Shown here one piece after another: positions 22,501 through 31,583 of a stretch of 64,000 bases of DNA. Numbering within the stretch: position 1 is the stretch's first letter; each line of letters begins with the position of its first letter. The stretch lies in IMG/VR virus record IMGVR_UViG_3300045921_000803, positions 2,893 through 66,892 of that record, one strand, 5' to 3'. A model generated the notes under the pieces. It was not told the DNA's origin. It saw only the letters and a program-made list of their open reading frames with translations, and did not search any database. The position numbers were made by a program, and so were the translations under genes. Origin of the DNA: a virus.

Positions 22501-23149
22501 CGTCCAAAATTATCGCTGATTGAGTAACGGTAAAATTAATATCCGGGCTGGCGCCGGTAGCAGGAGCCCGTACAACGGTCCCTGAGGTTATGTTTCTGGT
22601 TCCACCCTGAGCCAGGATAACCGACTCGTTGGTGTTATGAAACTTAGTCGTAGGTACTGCAAGCGTAATTTGCCAGAAGCTACCCAACTGTGTTTTGGAT
22701 AGGTATGGAATAGGGCCTTCTACGTTTGGCGTCTGTCTACCTATATAGATAGAGCCCGTAGCAGGAAAATCGGAGGCGTCTGATACAAGAATTGTTGTAG
22801 AACCTACGTTTGGCGCCCTGGCTCCGGTGTATATCTTTGTTGAAATTTTTTCAAAACTGGTATCGCTAACCGTGACTGTTCCCGTAGCTACCCTGGCTGG
22901 CAAATCACGCAAACCCTCATCTTTTGCAAGACGGCGCAAGGACTCACCTTCCGCCCTGTCTACGCTTAGATCTCTTAGGATCTGAAACGCATCGCCAGAG
23001 GTCCTGGCAACCATCAAAGAGACAACCTCAAAAAGTTGGGTAGATAGAGATCCAACGTTAAGATCGTCAACCCCGGTCCTACTAAGCCAGTCGGAAAGCA
23101 TTTCCCCTAAAATCTGCTCTTGTGATTTAGGATTGGGTGTTTGAGACAT
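16595..23149 (-). CDS. giant baseplate J-like (gpJ/gp6) protein
   Basis: N-terminal J motifs (AQEPGATGNIPIGAI, GRDVETDEQLRIRI); C-terminal IGQAIAISDIVEAVNTIPGV; large internal insertion. Confidence 0.8.
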   Translation of the reverse strand: MSQTPNPKSQEQILGEMLSDWLSRTGVDDLNVGSLSTQLFEVVSLMVARTSGDAFQILRDLSVDRAEGESLRRLAKDEGLRDLPARVATGTVTVSDTSFEKISTKIYTGARAPNVGSTTILVSDASDFPATGSIYIGRQTPNVEGPIPYLSKTQLGSFWQITLAVPTTKFHNTNESVILAQGGTRNITSGTVVRAPATGASPDINFTVTQSAIILDGETSISGVQVSAQEPGATGNIPIGAIKEFGAPPFPGAAVTNTSPFRTGRDVETDEQLRIRIKRARLSRGLGTALAVKNSVVGVTPSDENASVESSEIVTSAGQTTLFIDDNSGYEQKTRGVGIEFLVDSALGGETDFQLETGGRQTSVAKAFIVSSLSAPFDVRGQDRLAISVGGVTTEHTFKNSDFISPGGATAFEIVASINANSALNFEAATAENGTKVSIQARSEQNEQVQAVDVTLGRNAAEFIGLPFNEVQTIRLFKNKKPLSKDGATATIKSERQANWSNTIVSGDTLIISVDNTANITYTFLDSDFVADGSHPTVSSTNSLESWVRIINKKVTGITASVVGEQIFLTSNLGASNRARLSIDFSSTLVSKNMFSLNQGLVSLGKSSDFIFSRNTAQIKLREPLAPGDELTAGSRETEARIQSARILGGSIFLPSDAYIWLLADDKDARIVNTGVVASTLIAVSKPVSNTIRFTSSAPTAFSAVQQGDYVIVWSEELSAANRIEGRVASSSPSTLDIRVTASEFATAVVESGILFQEGFAVVRTSKVPQKFKIGSGTKQLSQIADELNLQSKSIRFSTIDDEILIASTKTRNSDGSIFVVTFDNPSKPLGFVEGDTDDSKDSLVAYYESGYKEGALPIFAHSSFASGTFASPPDSFVSTVSSALNPSTIGMDPDKIVGYLQPYGSVADALSPSETTELNNYSGSVLTLNQDPLVKRLRTGDRYYFANSLDFGHEDEMVVIVDGDAANKTFDIPFYRKAITNTSLAANPNTFNAYDLDAGPTTPFTQFFDPSFAFDNFKVLMKAKRVVDEAANEDAILYRAVRWGRSGQRINVGYSYPTSPNSPILHTVSVGEDINVRISLKSGAPVLTTIDGTTEWDVTITANFPVAGVDQVTYTWTGTGTAPGLGTLAGGEYVTISQGSELDRKNTGTFRVSTEVGFAPTASSFTVVRKNGEAIAELDRATLVANVFSFFQPLATTAAEIETYVSSSTLSDIVTAELVDDSGTSGAGVIDRSTAEANDFSFDSYYLLDGVNWISTSNISGSPQFTFKRPLSYVTDTGYSFNDGEELRIVPTSIEQAVRFSNVLAVSGFSTIGNIFLTSREGRMELSTRILGQSGSLQVVGGGANFSSALVVSPSILIDNLYTLSTFNRSSLNSFHSDQTVKLSASFKQAKETLFKNTASIKIDGDFPVFQKSRVELTGKTITDRHFGKPRNHIRSQGRNFRVEKQGNLTCISWNGVGTQPFFSTLLNLNSTASGTLNIERIPNTAEMNVYILTGPVNFTNVSIGDSLSISGMDNPENDGTFLVTGVSDNGKIIRVLNQNGISEFSTATLNILDNTNITGDQFIIGGNSLIAGVDFAVGATASDTAENLASAVGALPGVSATSLGPVVTVEALSPAANISVVYNDLGGGGGGSVSDPFLVGRGYTTTSFSCLSSVSEGDNVVLSAPFNVLNRGKHRVIRRYENSIYIDNPISTNEDVTLPSNPIPTGVDGTTSLDVLSTNNKMTIIWDGVGTEPDFSVLRPGDELTLGTDFNIANQGRFTVLTSKEKLQEITRATCVSGNLITTGDYWEINSAGDATEYYVWYDVDGGGGDPLILGKTGISVAINSLDTNIQVANATAAALDALSDFDADAVGNIVTINTTGFAETTNATEGNMNVNFDIEIVQNGRRTSVQVLNPAVVSETGVTISNAFEAHRPQIKFYEYDATVPGDIFAISSDFLSQTNQNMWLVEEVLDENTIIVSGTMLSQEFTSIAGFEESLFVEEEFPYVGYKKIRFVVNDPSSPQTGIVVFDTKEQFNKINTIGSVVMETTNKLSFDTRLVRGLDSYRYHTGLIGEANRVVYGDPRDPITYPGVGAAGAEIFIREPLFKRVSVGIDVRIETGIPFAQITEQVRTNVASLIDGNPIGQAIAISDIVEAVNTIPGVRAVAISSPLYNPSNDTISIAPSEKSRVIDPVSDISVRQIGS

Positions 23150-23229
23150 CTGTCCCCCTAAAATCGTAACTCTTTGTGGTCAAATACATAAAATAATGTT
23201 CCATATCAACTATTTACAGGGCTGCCTAT

Positions 23230-23242
23230 ATATAAGATTAGT
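23230..23242 (-). promoter_or_regulatory. AATCTT motif, candidate late promoter
   Basis: actAATCTTatat in the intergenic gap upstream of 23149. Confidence 0.6.
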
Positions 23243-23258
23243 CTGTTGTTATATATTA

Positions 23259-25883
23259 TCATGAGGCGACCCTAAAGCTGATAGGGAAAACACCAAGCCC
23301 ATTGGCTACAGAGATGGACGCTCTTATATCCATATAAGGGCCGTCTATATTTACCTGAAGATTTTCTATGGCAGAAAACCTTGGGTCCTGGGCTACCAGT
23401 ATCGAAAGGGTGTTAAAAATTTCAGAAGCGGTGGTGTCGGAGACAGAAATACCGGGCCTTATTCCGGAGCCAAAATTAGGATGTCTTAGTATCTGACCAG
23501 GTTCTGTTATAAATTTAAGCTTAAGAGCCTGGAATAGGTTTGTAAGACCAAAGCTCAACCTAAAGTCACCGAAGGAATCAACGGCAATATCGTTATCCGA
23601 AGTCAGAAGCAGATCAACCTTGGATAGGCTTGTCAGCTCATCATCCTGCGTCGCAGGTATGGGTCTTATGACCAGGTCATCAGGTACAGGCAGGTCTGAT
23701 GGTATAAATATCTGATCCTGGCTGTTTACCGTTCCAGGCAAAAATGCCTGTATTTTCGCATCGTCGGAAGTTGTAAAAATGTCCAAGTTATCAAAACCAT
23801 CTACAGTTATCAGGAAATTTGTTTCATTGATCTTTTCTATATCGATTATGGTTCTTCTCTGTTTTGGCTGAGTATTGCTGACCAGCGTAATTTTCTGGCC
23901 CACAAATAGATCCTCGGCAGAATTTATATTAAGCTGCCTACCATCTCCGTTGGATAGAAAATTTCTCTCAAAACCCACCTCATCAATATACGGACTTTTT
24001 AACGCATTCAGGGTGACAATCTCATACCATCTTTCTTGATTTCCAAGATATCTGGCAGCAATCTGCTCCACAGTCAAACCAAATGGAACAGGAACTCTAA
24101 TTTTAGATGACGAATCAGAAAAGGGTATATTCGCTTCCTGAGCCTCAGCTTTTACAAAATCGTAAGCGCTCACCTGGTTGATGTTCACATCATCATTGAG
24201 AGTTAGTACCCCTAATCCCTGAATCGCATCGTATAGTTTTTTTAAGAGGTCGTACTCATCTATTGTTATAGGCTGTAATCTCTGTCTAGGCTGGGGTCTT
24301 TTGTAAATTCTAGCAAAAGTTTCATCACCGGTACCAAAATTGTTTGAGATCTGATAAGCCAGCTCCTGAAGTGTTGCCTTGTGCCTTTTAAGATCGTCGG
24401 CGGTAATAAGTGAAGTTCTAGCAATTTCGTTCTCTATCGCATTCTGTACAGAAACGGGAAAATTTACGGAATTTATATCTAGGGAGTTGAACAGATCAAA
24501 ATTTTGCTCCGGACTATCGAATAGGTTGTTGATAGGGCTTGTTTTTGCCAATCCTCCTATCAAGGAAGCTTCGTCGTCAGAGGCATTAGGTAAAGGCTGG
24601 CCTTCGCGCTCGGATTTAAACTCTTTCATCTTACCAATATTTCCAGCAAGCTTCTCCTTCACTGCAAGGGCCTGATATCTAGCCTGATCTAGATTTGCAA
24701 ATGTGTCGGCGATGGCAAATTTGGCATCAGCCAATATATTTCCGGGAAGATCTACTACGGATGCCGCCAAACCAGCAAGACCTTTGATAAAGAGCGAAGA
24801 TTCCCTTAATGCCGTAAATGGTCCATTAATGTCGGATCTAACCGCCCTAATTAAATTGATGGCGGTTCCCAATGCTCTCCTAGCTTCGGTAACAGAGTTC
24901 AGAACTCTCTGAAGATTGCTTAAAGAGTTCGGAGAAGGTACACTGATTTGAGCGCCTTCGCCGATAGAATTGGATATTTTTACTCTTTTATATGCTTTTA
25001 ACTGCAGATTAAACTTGTATTCATTTGGAGAGTCGACAGATTGAGCATATGTATACTGAACAGGGGTAACCAGGAAAGTTTGATTCTGCTTCGGCATGTC
25101 TATGGCAAGTCTATAGTTTGAAGCCTTGGGATGCTTCTTTATCTCAGCATACTGCTCTAAAAATTGATCAAGAAGAAGCGCGTTTGCATATCCGGTGCCA
25201 GCATATCCGCCAAATCCATCCGTCTCAACATTTACAGGACTTGGCCCTGTGCCTGCAGGTTTTCCGGCTATCGTATTAGAAATTCTTCTTATCTGATCGC
25301 TAAGCGCAGAAGCTGCCCGAAGCGTGCCTCCGAACAGTGTATTGAAGGATTTGGAAGAATCAGGAGTCTGCTGGTCTGCACCCACCTGCTTTCGGAAAGG
25401 CCAAACACCAAAAGTCCCAGCGATATTTATCATCTTAAATCTGGTACCGCTATGCTCTTCTACTATACCTCTAAGAGTTGCTGAGTTACTGATGGCAAAT
25501 GGGTTAGATATTGATAGCTGCTGAGGAGTAATGGGTAGCTGAAAAACCCACCTAGAATCTAGTGGCTCGAAAGATATCTGAAACCTATTCTCAGATACCA
25601 GTTTTACGGATGTTGAAGCAGAAGATCCGCCTACTATTGAATATTGGCCTGTAAACTTGTCTCCTGTCGCGACAGGCTCCACTACTAGAATCCTATAGGG
25701 GAATAGCTTATCCCATCTTTTTCCGTCTATCGACATAGGAAGGAAAAAAGATTCTTTATCTATAAGATCGGTTGCAGACCAGGGGCCAACGATATCGGAC
25801 TGGCCCTCTCTGGATTGTCCTTTGGCGGAATTTAAAACGTTTGCCGGGTTTGGTATCTTGTCTTTAAATTTTTGTTTTGCCAT
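23259..25883 (-). CDS. multidomain baseplate protein (LysM-like segment plus C-terminal gp25/sheath-initiator-like domain)
   Basis: TVEQIAARYLGNQERWYEIVTLN LysM-like; GLTNLFQALKLKFITEPGQILRHPNFGSG gp25-like. Confidence 0.65.
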   Translation of the reverse strand: MAKQKFKDKIPNPANVLNSAKGQSREGQSDIVGPWSATDLIDKESFFLPMSIDGKRWDKLFPYRILVVEPVATGDKFTGQYSIVGGSSASTSVKLVSENRFQISFEPLDSRWVFQLPITPQQLSISNPFAISNSATLRGIVEEHSGTRFKMINIAGTFGVWPFRKQVGADQQTPDSSKSFNTLFGGTLRAASALSDQIRRISNTIAGKPAGTGPSPVNVETDGFGGYAGTGYANALLLDQFLEQYAEIKKHPKASNYRLAIDMPKQNQTFLVTPVQYTYAQSVDSPNEYKFNLQLKAYKRVKISNSIGEGAQISVPSPNSLSNLQRVLNSVTEARRALGTAINLIRAVRSDINGPFTALRESSLFIKGLAGLAASVVDLPGNILADAKFAIADTFANLDQARYQALAVKEKLAGNIGKMKEFKSEREGQPLPNASDDEASLIGGLAKTSPINNLFDSPEQNFDLFNSLDINSVNFPVSVQNAIENEIARTSLITADDLKRHKATLQELAYQISNNFGTGDETFARIYKRPQPRQRLQPITIDEYDLLKKLYDAIQGLGVLTLNDDVNINQVSAYDFVKAEAQEANIPFSDSSSKIRVPVPFGLTVEQIAARYLGNQERWYEIVTLNALKSPYIDEVGFERNFLSNGDGRQLNINSAEDLFVGQKITLVSNTQPKQRRTIIDIEKINETNFLITVDGFDNLDIFTTSDDAKIQAFLPGTVNSQDQIFIPSDLPVPDDLVIRPIPATQDDELTSLSKVDLLLTSDNDIAVDSFGDFRLSFGLTNLFQALKLKFITEPGQILRHPNFGSGIRPGISVSDTTASEIFNTLSILVAQDPRFSAIENLQVNIDGPYMDIRASISVANGLGVFPISFRVAS

Positions 25884-25908
25884 CGTTTTCCCTGATTAGT
25901 ACATCCTA

Positions 25909-25921
25909 TGATAAGATTAAT
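25909..25921 (-). promoter_or_regulatory. AATCTT motif, candidate late promoter
   Basis: attAATCTTatca 30 bp upstream of 25883. Confidence 0.6.
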
Positions 25922-25955
25922 TGTATGGCGATATTTTAAAACCGGAGAGTCTTTA

Positions 25956-26525
25956 ATGTTCGAACAGTTCAAAAAAGTTAAGTTGTTGTTATTATTAGTG
26001 TTTTTGATGGCATGCTCCTCCATACAGACAAAAAACGATATAAATCAACAATTTAGAGGCATAGACCCCGAATTTTATCCGTATATAGAACGGTTTAAGC
26101 TCATAACCGACCCATACTATGATATCAGATCGCTTGAGAACCTAAGCATGGGTAAGAGGAAGATAGGCAGAGACTCTACGGTTGGTCTTTGTAAAATTTT
26201 CACAACTAATGGCGGCAAGGAGATAGTCATAGACAGCTATTTCTGGGATAACGTTAGTCTTCAAAGAAGAAGCCTTCTGGCCATGCACGAGCTGGGTCAC
26301 TGCCTATGCGACCTCTACCACGAACACCTGAACGGGCATTACGAGGACGGCGAGGACAATCCCAAGGGGTATTTTCCTGACGGATGTCCGGTAAGTTTTA
26401 TGTACCCGGAGGTTCCATCCGATTTTTGCTACGACGCACACCAGAAAGAGTATGAGGAAGAGCTTAAAGAAAGGTGTAGGATATCAAGCAAATCATCCTT
26501 TGATCAGAAAGAAAAGGCTAGGTAA
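25956..26525 (+). CDS. lipoprotein zinc metalloprotease (matrixin/zincin-like)
   Basis: lipobox FLMAC; HELGHCLCDLYH zinc motif; SFMYP Met-turn; start moved to ATG after GGAGAG. Confidence 0.75.
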   Translation: MFEQFKKVKLLLLLVFLMACSSIQTKNDINQQFRGIDPEFYPYIERFKLITDPYYDIRSLENLSMGKRKIGRDSTVGLCKIFTTNGGKEIVIDSYFWDNVSLQRRSLLAMHELGHCLCDLYHEHLNGHYEDGEDNPKGYFPDGCPVSFMYPEVPSDFCYDAHQKEYEEELKERCRISSKSSFDQKEKAR

Positions 26526-27834
26526 GATCTTTGTAGATCCTAGCCAGCTCATCAGGTCTATATTTTGGAGGAACTTCTTTGCCGACGACGATTTTGTTAA
26601 GCTCGATAGATTCTATGGTGAGCTTGATCTCTTCCTGAGTCTCAGAAACAAGAAAGATGTTGTCTCCAGGCAGAAAACCTGCTGCAGATTTAAGATGTAT
26701 TGCCTTGGTGCCGTTGGTAGGTGAAGACAGCAAGCTTGTCCTAAGCAATGACTCGTAGGTTGCTTTTGACAGGTCTGCCTGATCCTGCTGAGCCTGCTGA
26801 GCATCAACGGCTTTTTCAAAACCTTTGAACTGAACCAGAGAACCTCCAAACAGGTTCAACCTCAACAAAACCCTGTTCCATCGATCAAAATACAGACCAG
26901 AACCGGTAGCCTCTCCGGTCACCATGCTCTGATTGATCGTGCCAAGATAGGAGTTTATCTGAAAAATTCTGGAGGTGATGAAGGCTTGTCTGGAAAGTAG
27001 GGCATTTTTGATAGCAGCAAGGTTTCCTGACTGAAGCCTTGTAGCTCCAAGCAGCGCTGGATTGTAAGAATTAAACCCGGAACAGGTGGACTGTCCATGA
27101 GACGTGTTAAAGGGGGTGACGGCAAGCCATGTATCAATAGCAGAGACTATCGTGTTGATATCTGCTATGGCGGCGTTGTTTTCTGACTGTCTAGTAGTAT
27201 TGGGATCGCTAGTAAGAATGATCGCCTGGGTGCCCAGGGCTTGGCTTTTTATAAAATTTATATCGGCTAAAAGGTTATTATAGTCGTTGTTTAGGTCCGC
27301 ATACGTACTGATAACATCCACCATCATAACGGTGACACATCTTTGTCCGGTAACTCTTTGTATCAACGTGTAGTCGGTCTCTATCTTATTGATAAGAGTT
27401 AGAGCATTGGATATGGTGTTCTGCTCCGCAGGTATGGGCGTGGCAAAGGACTCGTTTGCCAGCTTGCCCACAAGGATAGATCTGGCAAAAGGTTTTGCTT
27501 TTGTCCAAACCTGCGGCGCAGTGCTTGGAGGAGGATTCTGAACATCATTTGGAAACAAAAAATTACCTAAAGCAAAGTTGGCCGATTCCTGTATGATGGA
27601 TTCGGTAAGAACAGTGCGAACTATCCCATCATACCTATCTATCTCACCCTGGTATGCGTTTATGAAAAAATTTACAGAATCAAGCAGGTTTTTATTTGCC
27701 TGGTCAAGATCAAAAGCTTTGTCCTTTTCTGCGGAGATTTTTTCTTTGGACGACTCAATAGAATTCTTTGTCGCCTCTGACGAGATGATCTGTTTACTGA
27801 ATGATATGCGGTCAGACTTACTTAGTGGCATCAA
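26518..27834 (-). CDS. putative structural protein (helical)
   Basis: 438-aa ORF in tail operon. Confidence 0.55.
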   Translation of the reverse strand: MMPLSKSDRISFSKQIISSEATKNSIESSKEKISAEKDKAFDLDQANKNLLDSVNFFINAYQGEIDRYDGIVRTVLTESIIQESANFALGNFLFPNDVQNPPPSTAPQVWTKAKPFARSILVGKLANESFATPIPAEQNTISNALTLINKIETDYTLIQRVTGQRCVTVMMVDVISTYADLNNDYNNLLADINFIKSQALGTQAIILTSDPNTTRQSENNAAIADINTIVSAIDTWLAVTPFNTSHGQSTCSGFNSYNPALLGATRLQSGNLAAIKNALLSRQAFITSRIFQINSYLGTINQSMVTGEATGSGLYFDRWNRVLLRLNLFGGSLVQFKGFEKAVDAQQAQQDQADLSKATYESLLRTSLLSSPTNGTKAIHLKSAAGFLPGDNIFLVSETQEEIKLTIESIELNKIVVGKEVPPKYRPDELARIYKDLT

Positions 27835-28112
27835 TGCACCCTAAAAGGAACCAAATATGTTTTTATAAGGGTGTTCAGATATTCAGAGACTTCTTTATCA
27901 TCACCAGCCATCTTGGCCTCCTCTATCGCCTCTGCGCTACCTCTCGATATCTGCTCAAGCTTATCATTTGCCTCTATAAGATTAAGCTTGACATTGTTGC
28001 TGAACATAGCAACCATTCCGTTCAGAGAGATGTAGTAGTAGCCATTCTCTTCTTTCATGACCTCATCCAGGTCTTTCTGGTTTTTTATAACACCAACTTT
28101 TGTGCTTATCAT
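27831..28112 (-). CDS. hypothetical protein
   Basis: ATGA coupling on both sides. Confidence 0.55.
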   Translation of the reverse strand: MISTKVGVIKNQKDLDEVMKEENGYYYISLNGMVAMFSNNVKLNLIEANDKLEQISRGSAEAIEEAKMAGDDKEVSEYLNTLIKTYLVPFRVH

Positions 28113-28615
28113 CCAACTACCGCCCAAGCCCATAACACTATTGTCATATAAGATATCAGATCAAAAAGTATGTGACAAGCAGCTACCGTCGTCAGTCCAT
28201 TTTTTATGGCGTAATGGATAGCTACTGGTATGTAAAAAAGTGTAACAAATGCCCACGAGACACTCTGGTATAGATGTGCTGAGGCGAAAAGTAGACAGGC
28301 TAGCAGGGTGTAGGGTATGTACACCATACGGGAAACATTATTTCTCATCATCAGTATCGTAGGAAGTACAAACGCCACATCTTCCCACCAAACCATAAAA
28401 AGCCCCAAAGGGGGTATCAAACTTGTTCCCCAGTGATATTCGACATCATACGGGGTGATACCGGAAGAAATTATCAGGTAAACCCTGAAAGCGGTAAATC
28501 CTAACATTAAAAGAAAAAATTTGAGCAGGGGTTTTAGACGAAATTTTAGTATCTCAGAATCGTGATTCCGTACCAACAAAACTACTACAGCAGCTAAGAT
28601 CCAAACCAGTACCAA
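28109..28615 (-). CDS. CPBP (CAAX/Abi) family intramembrane metalloprotease-like protein
   Basis: multi-TM; WWEDVAF, FASAH and CHILFD match the CPBP motifs. Confidence 0.65.
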   Translation of the reverse strand: MVLVWILAAVVVLLVRNHDSEILKFRLKPLLKFFLLMLGFTAFRVYLIISSGITPYDVEYHWGTSLIPPLGLFMVWWEDVAFVLPTILMMRNNVSRMVYIPYTLLACLLFASAHLYQSVSWAFVTLFYIPVAIHYAIKNGLTTVAACHILFDLISYMTIVLWAWAVVG

Positions 28616-28623
28616 GATTCCTC

Positions 28624-29682
28624 CTAGGTTGCAAAGCTTTTAACGGAAAAGGGTCCAACAGGATAGCTAACAACAGGGATGCCTAAATTCCCGACCCCAA
28701 CCATCTGGGTACTCGGTAGTACGATAGGTTGGCCTCCAGGACCTCCCACAAATACTAGGCCGTCAAGGGTTATCATTGCTGACTTCACCATCGCCGAGGA
28801 GCCAGCGTTGACAGAAACCATGGCAGCTTTCAGGTCGATACTGGTCTGCCCGCTTATATCAAAGCTCTGTGCCTTCATCGATGCAGAACCTTGGGCCTCA
28901 AGCACAAAGCTAGCCATCTTCATCGTCGCATCAGCGGCTGCCTCCATGGTGAAGGCATCGGCTGTCTTTATTGTGGTGGATTTTTTAGAATCGATCAGTG
29001 TTGTACCCTGGTTGGAAAGAAGGAAGTTTCCTCCCTTCTCTATCCTTTGGGTTGCACCCTTGTGCTTAAACTGTACGGTGCCATCAGTCTCTATGTCTAT
29101 GGTGGTGTTTCCTTGGGATGCGTCCTTGGGCTTTCCCTCGTTATCGGTCGCACCCTTAAAAGTGAGATTTGCGGACCCGTCGTCCTTCACCTCTATAGAG
29201 ATTCCGTTAAATTCACCAGCCAGTATCTGGCCGTCTCCTTCAAGTTTGGATTTTCTTTCAGGATGACTAAGCGCCCCTATGATGATCGCTTTTTCGGAAG
29301 ATCCGTCTAGGCAGAGAAGTAGAACTATCGCTCCATCCTGACCGGCAAAATCTCGACCTAATGTTTTTTTATTCTTTATCTTCTTTTGAGTTCTTAGTCT
29401 AGCTTCAAAATAATCTGCTATGGACCCGAACGAATCGGAGGCAATGCAGTTTTTGTAGGTTATGGGGGTGATCGCCCTGTTCTCGTCCTGCTCGATAACC
29501 ACGACGTCATACTCAGGGGCCAATTTGGATATGTTTTCCTTGTCTTTCTGTGAATAGGATCTTACTACGATACCGGCTCTCAAAGCGAAATTCCTGTAGG
29601 TCTTATTAAAGCCAGAAATCGCGCTTTTAAAATCCACGCCCATCAGTCCGTGCGGAAGAACTCCTCCTGTTTTAAGTCTCAT
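28624..29682 (-). CDS. baseplate central spike (gpV/gp5-like)
   Basis: OB-fold-like N-terminus ending IIIGALSHP, followed by beta-helix repeats. Confidence 0.7.
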   Translation of the reverse strand: MRLKTGGVLPHGLMGVDFKSAISGFNKTYRNFALRAGIVVRSYSQKDKENISKLAPEYDVVVIEQDENRAITPITYKNCIASDSFGSIADYFEARLRTQKKIKNKKTLGRDFAGQDGAIVLLLCLDGSSEKAIIIGALSHPERKSKLEGDGQILAGEFNGISIEVKDDGSANLTFKGATDNEGKPKDASQGNTTIDIETDGTVQFKHKGATQRIEKGGNFLLSNQGTTLIDSKKSTTIKTADAFTMEAAADATMKMASFVLEAQGSASMKAQSFDISGQTSIDLKAAMVSVNAGSSAMVKSAMITLDGLVFVGGPGGQPIVLPSTQMVGVGNLGIPVVSYPVGPFSVKSFAT

Positions 29683-29684
29683 GG

Positions 29685-31583
29685 TTACTTATCCTTCCTA
29701 TTCGTATCCTTCTTCTTCTCTGGATCTTGTAATCCAGGAATACTAGAAAAGGGACCGTTACTGGTAGTGTTGCGCCCCTGAGTCTGACCTTCTCTTCCTA
29801 CTATCCTTTGCTCGTCGGATAGTCCAGGAATCTTTTTGCTGTTTATTTCATAATCTTCTTCCTGGTTCAGTTGGGCATCGGTATTCCTCATCTGAGCAAA
29901 AATCTTTCCTTTTCCTGCAGAAGTTTTTTCTATGCCGTGCGTCAGCTCAAGGGTGGTTCTAAATATTTTTTTTCCATCAGGAGCTACCGAACACCTATGT
30001 ACAACAGTATCTATGTGATAGACAACTCCGTCAAGCTCAACGTTATCGCCAACAGCTATGGGTTCCACTATACCAAAGGTTTCTATGGTTCCATTAAGTT
30101 TAAGCTGACCACCGATCAAAGCATCTGCCAGCAATTTTGCCCATTGTGGCGCGTTGGTGTTTTGCTTATTTGACAAGATCTCATCAAAAGGAGTGGTTAC
30201 GATATATGGCTTTAGTCCGGATCTTCTTATGTCTAGCGTGTCGGCTACGGAATTTCCCCCACCTATCTGATTTGATACAAAATTCTCCTGCGCAGCTCCT
30301 CCGGTAAAAGGCATGGAGCCAAAAACCTGTACGAAATTTATCCTGGCCGCCTCTTCTCTACCTAGATTTATATCTAGGAGTAGATTTGAATCAATCTGCC
30401 ATCTAGGAAGGTTTAAAAATTTGGTAGACAACCCTTCATACTTATCTGATGAGAATGGCGTTTGCCTAAAAACTACGGTAGGCATCACCTTATTGTTGAT
30501 ATCGAGCCTGAAACATGTAAAAAGTTCATTTATCGGCGAGTTCGTATATTGATTCAGTATCGACCATAGCGTGGTTTGATTCCAGTATTCAGGTTTTAGT
30601 AGGCTTTTTCCTGGACAGCTATTGTTGGTGATATAGAAACGACCCTGAACGGTCGATATGCTGGGATTAACACCGCTGGCGATGGTCTGGTTGGAACCTG
30701 ACACATACTTCTGAACACCGAAAAGATAATTGTAGATATCCTTAGCCGCAGTGACATCCCTTACTCCCAAAAGTTGTCCGACTTTTGATGGCACGTAGAA
30801 ATGAGTATTTTCCGTAAGCCTGATATCTGTCTTCAATCCAATGCCGGAAACGGTATTCAGCTCATTCTGAAGACCTTGGCCTATCAACGACTCTATAAGA
30901 AGTTTTAGGAGATTTTGTACCTCAATAGTGCCTGTCAACTGAGACACATACTGCTCCCATATCTTACTTATCCTGCTAACAAACAGAAACTGCCTATCTC
31001 CCTCATCAGCAACAAGAAATGGGTTAAAGTATATGGTGCTGTCAAATTCTGTGAAACCGTAAGCCGTAATCTGATACATTATTCTTTTTATTCCGGTTGC
31101 GGGGTCTACGGAGAGCATCTGCCTTACCGAGTGCACCTTAAACAAACCTTTAAAGCCGTCGCCTTTTAGTCCTTTTCCAGGAGGTCCCTCGTTTATCGGT
31201 TTGTAAGCTCTAGCTTTGTTACCTACTCTTCTAGCCTCGCTTTCCCACTCCAGCATGTTAACAAAAACAAAATCTCCTGGTGCAATAGCTGTCAGGTAGT
31301 TGATGTCTCCAGGATACAGCATCGCCTGCATGGTTGGAGTGTGGGAGCCCTTTGACTGATGAACAACAACTGATGCGCAATCATTTTCAACAACAAGTAT
31401 CTCTCTGGTAAAAAGAAAATCTTGCGGATTGCCTGCGTTTCTTTGTTCCTGCTCAGGCACGTTCAGATATCTGTTACCCCATCTTAAAAACGAAAGAACC
31501 CAGGCTGGGGAAGTGTCATGCTTCCCGTCTTTGCCGTTAGGTATTATGTTAACCTTATATGCCGTTGATGGGGTGCTTGCCAT
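29685..31583 (-). CDS. baseplate hub (gpD/gp27-like)
   Basis: lies between tape measure and spike; C-terminal IAVGDNVE...YHIDTVVH...TTLELTHG hub pattern. Confidence 0.7.
   Translation of the reverse strand: MASTPSTAYKVNIIPNGKDGKHDTSPAWVLSFLRWGNRYLNVPEQEQRNAGNPQDFLFTREILVVENDCASVVVHQSKGSHTPTMQAMLYPGDINYLTAIAPGDFVFVNMLEWESEARRVGNKARAYKPINEGPPGKGLKGDGFKGLFKVHSVRQMLSVDPATGIKRIMYQITAYGFTEFDSTIYFNPFLVADEGDRQFLFVSRISKIWEQYVSQLTGTIEVQNLLKLLIESLIGQGLQNELNTVSGIGLKTDIRLTENTHFYVPSKVGQLLGVRDVTAAKDIYNYLFGVQKYVSGSNQTIASGVNPSISTVQGRFYITNNSCPGKSLLKPEYWNQTTLWSILNQYTNSPINELFTCFRLDINNKVMPTVVFRQTPFSSDKYEGLSTKFLNLPRWQIDSNLLLDINLGREEAARINFVQVFGSMPFTGGAAQENFVSNQIGGGNSVADTLDIRRSGLKPYIVTTPFDEILSNKQNTNAPQWAKLLADALIGGQLKLNGTIETFGIVEPIAVGDNVELDGVVYHIDTVVHRCSVAPDGKKIFRTTLELTHGIEKTSAGKGKIFAQMRNTDAQLNQEEDYEINSKKIPGLSDEQRIVGREGQTQGRNTTSNGPFSSIPGLQDPEKKKDTNRKDK

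Noticed and set aside
28679-29310. Long + strand ORFs opposite the spike gene (and similar antisense ORFs across 1-34 kb)
   Set aside because: Antisense shadows of real - strand genes with no RBS or recognisable motifs
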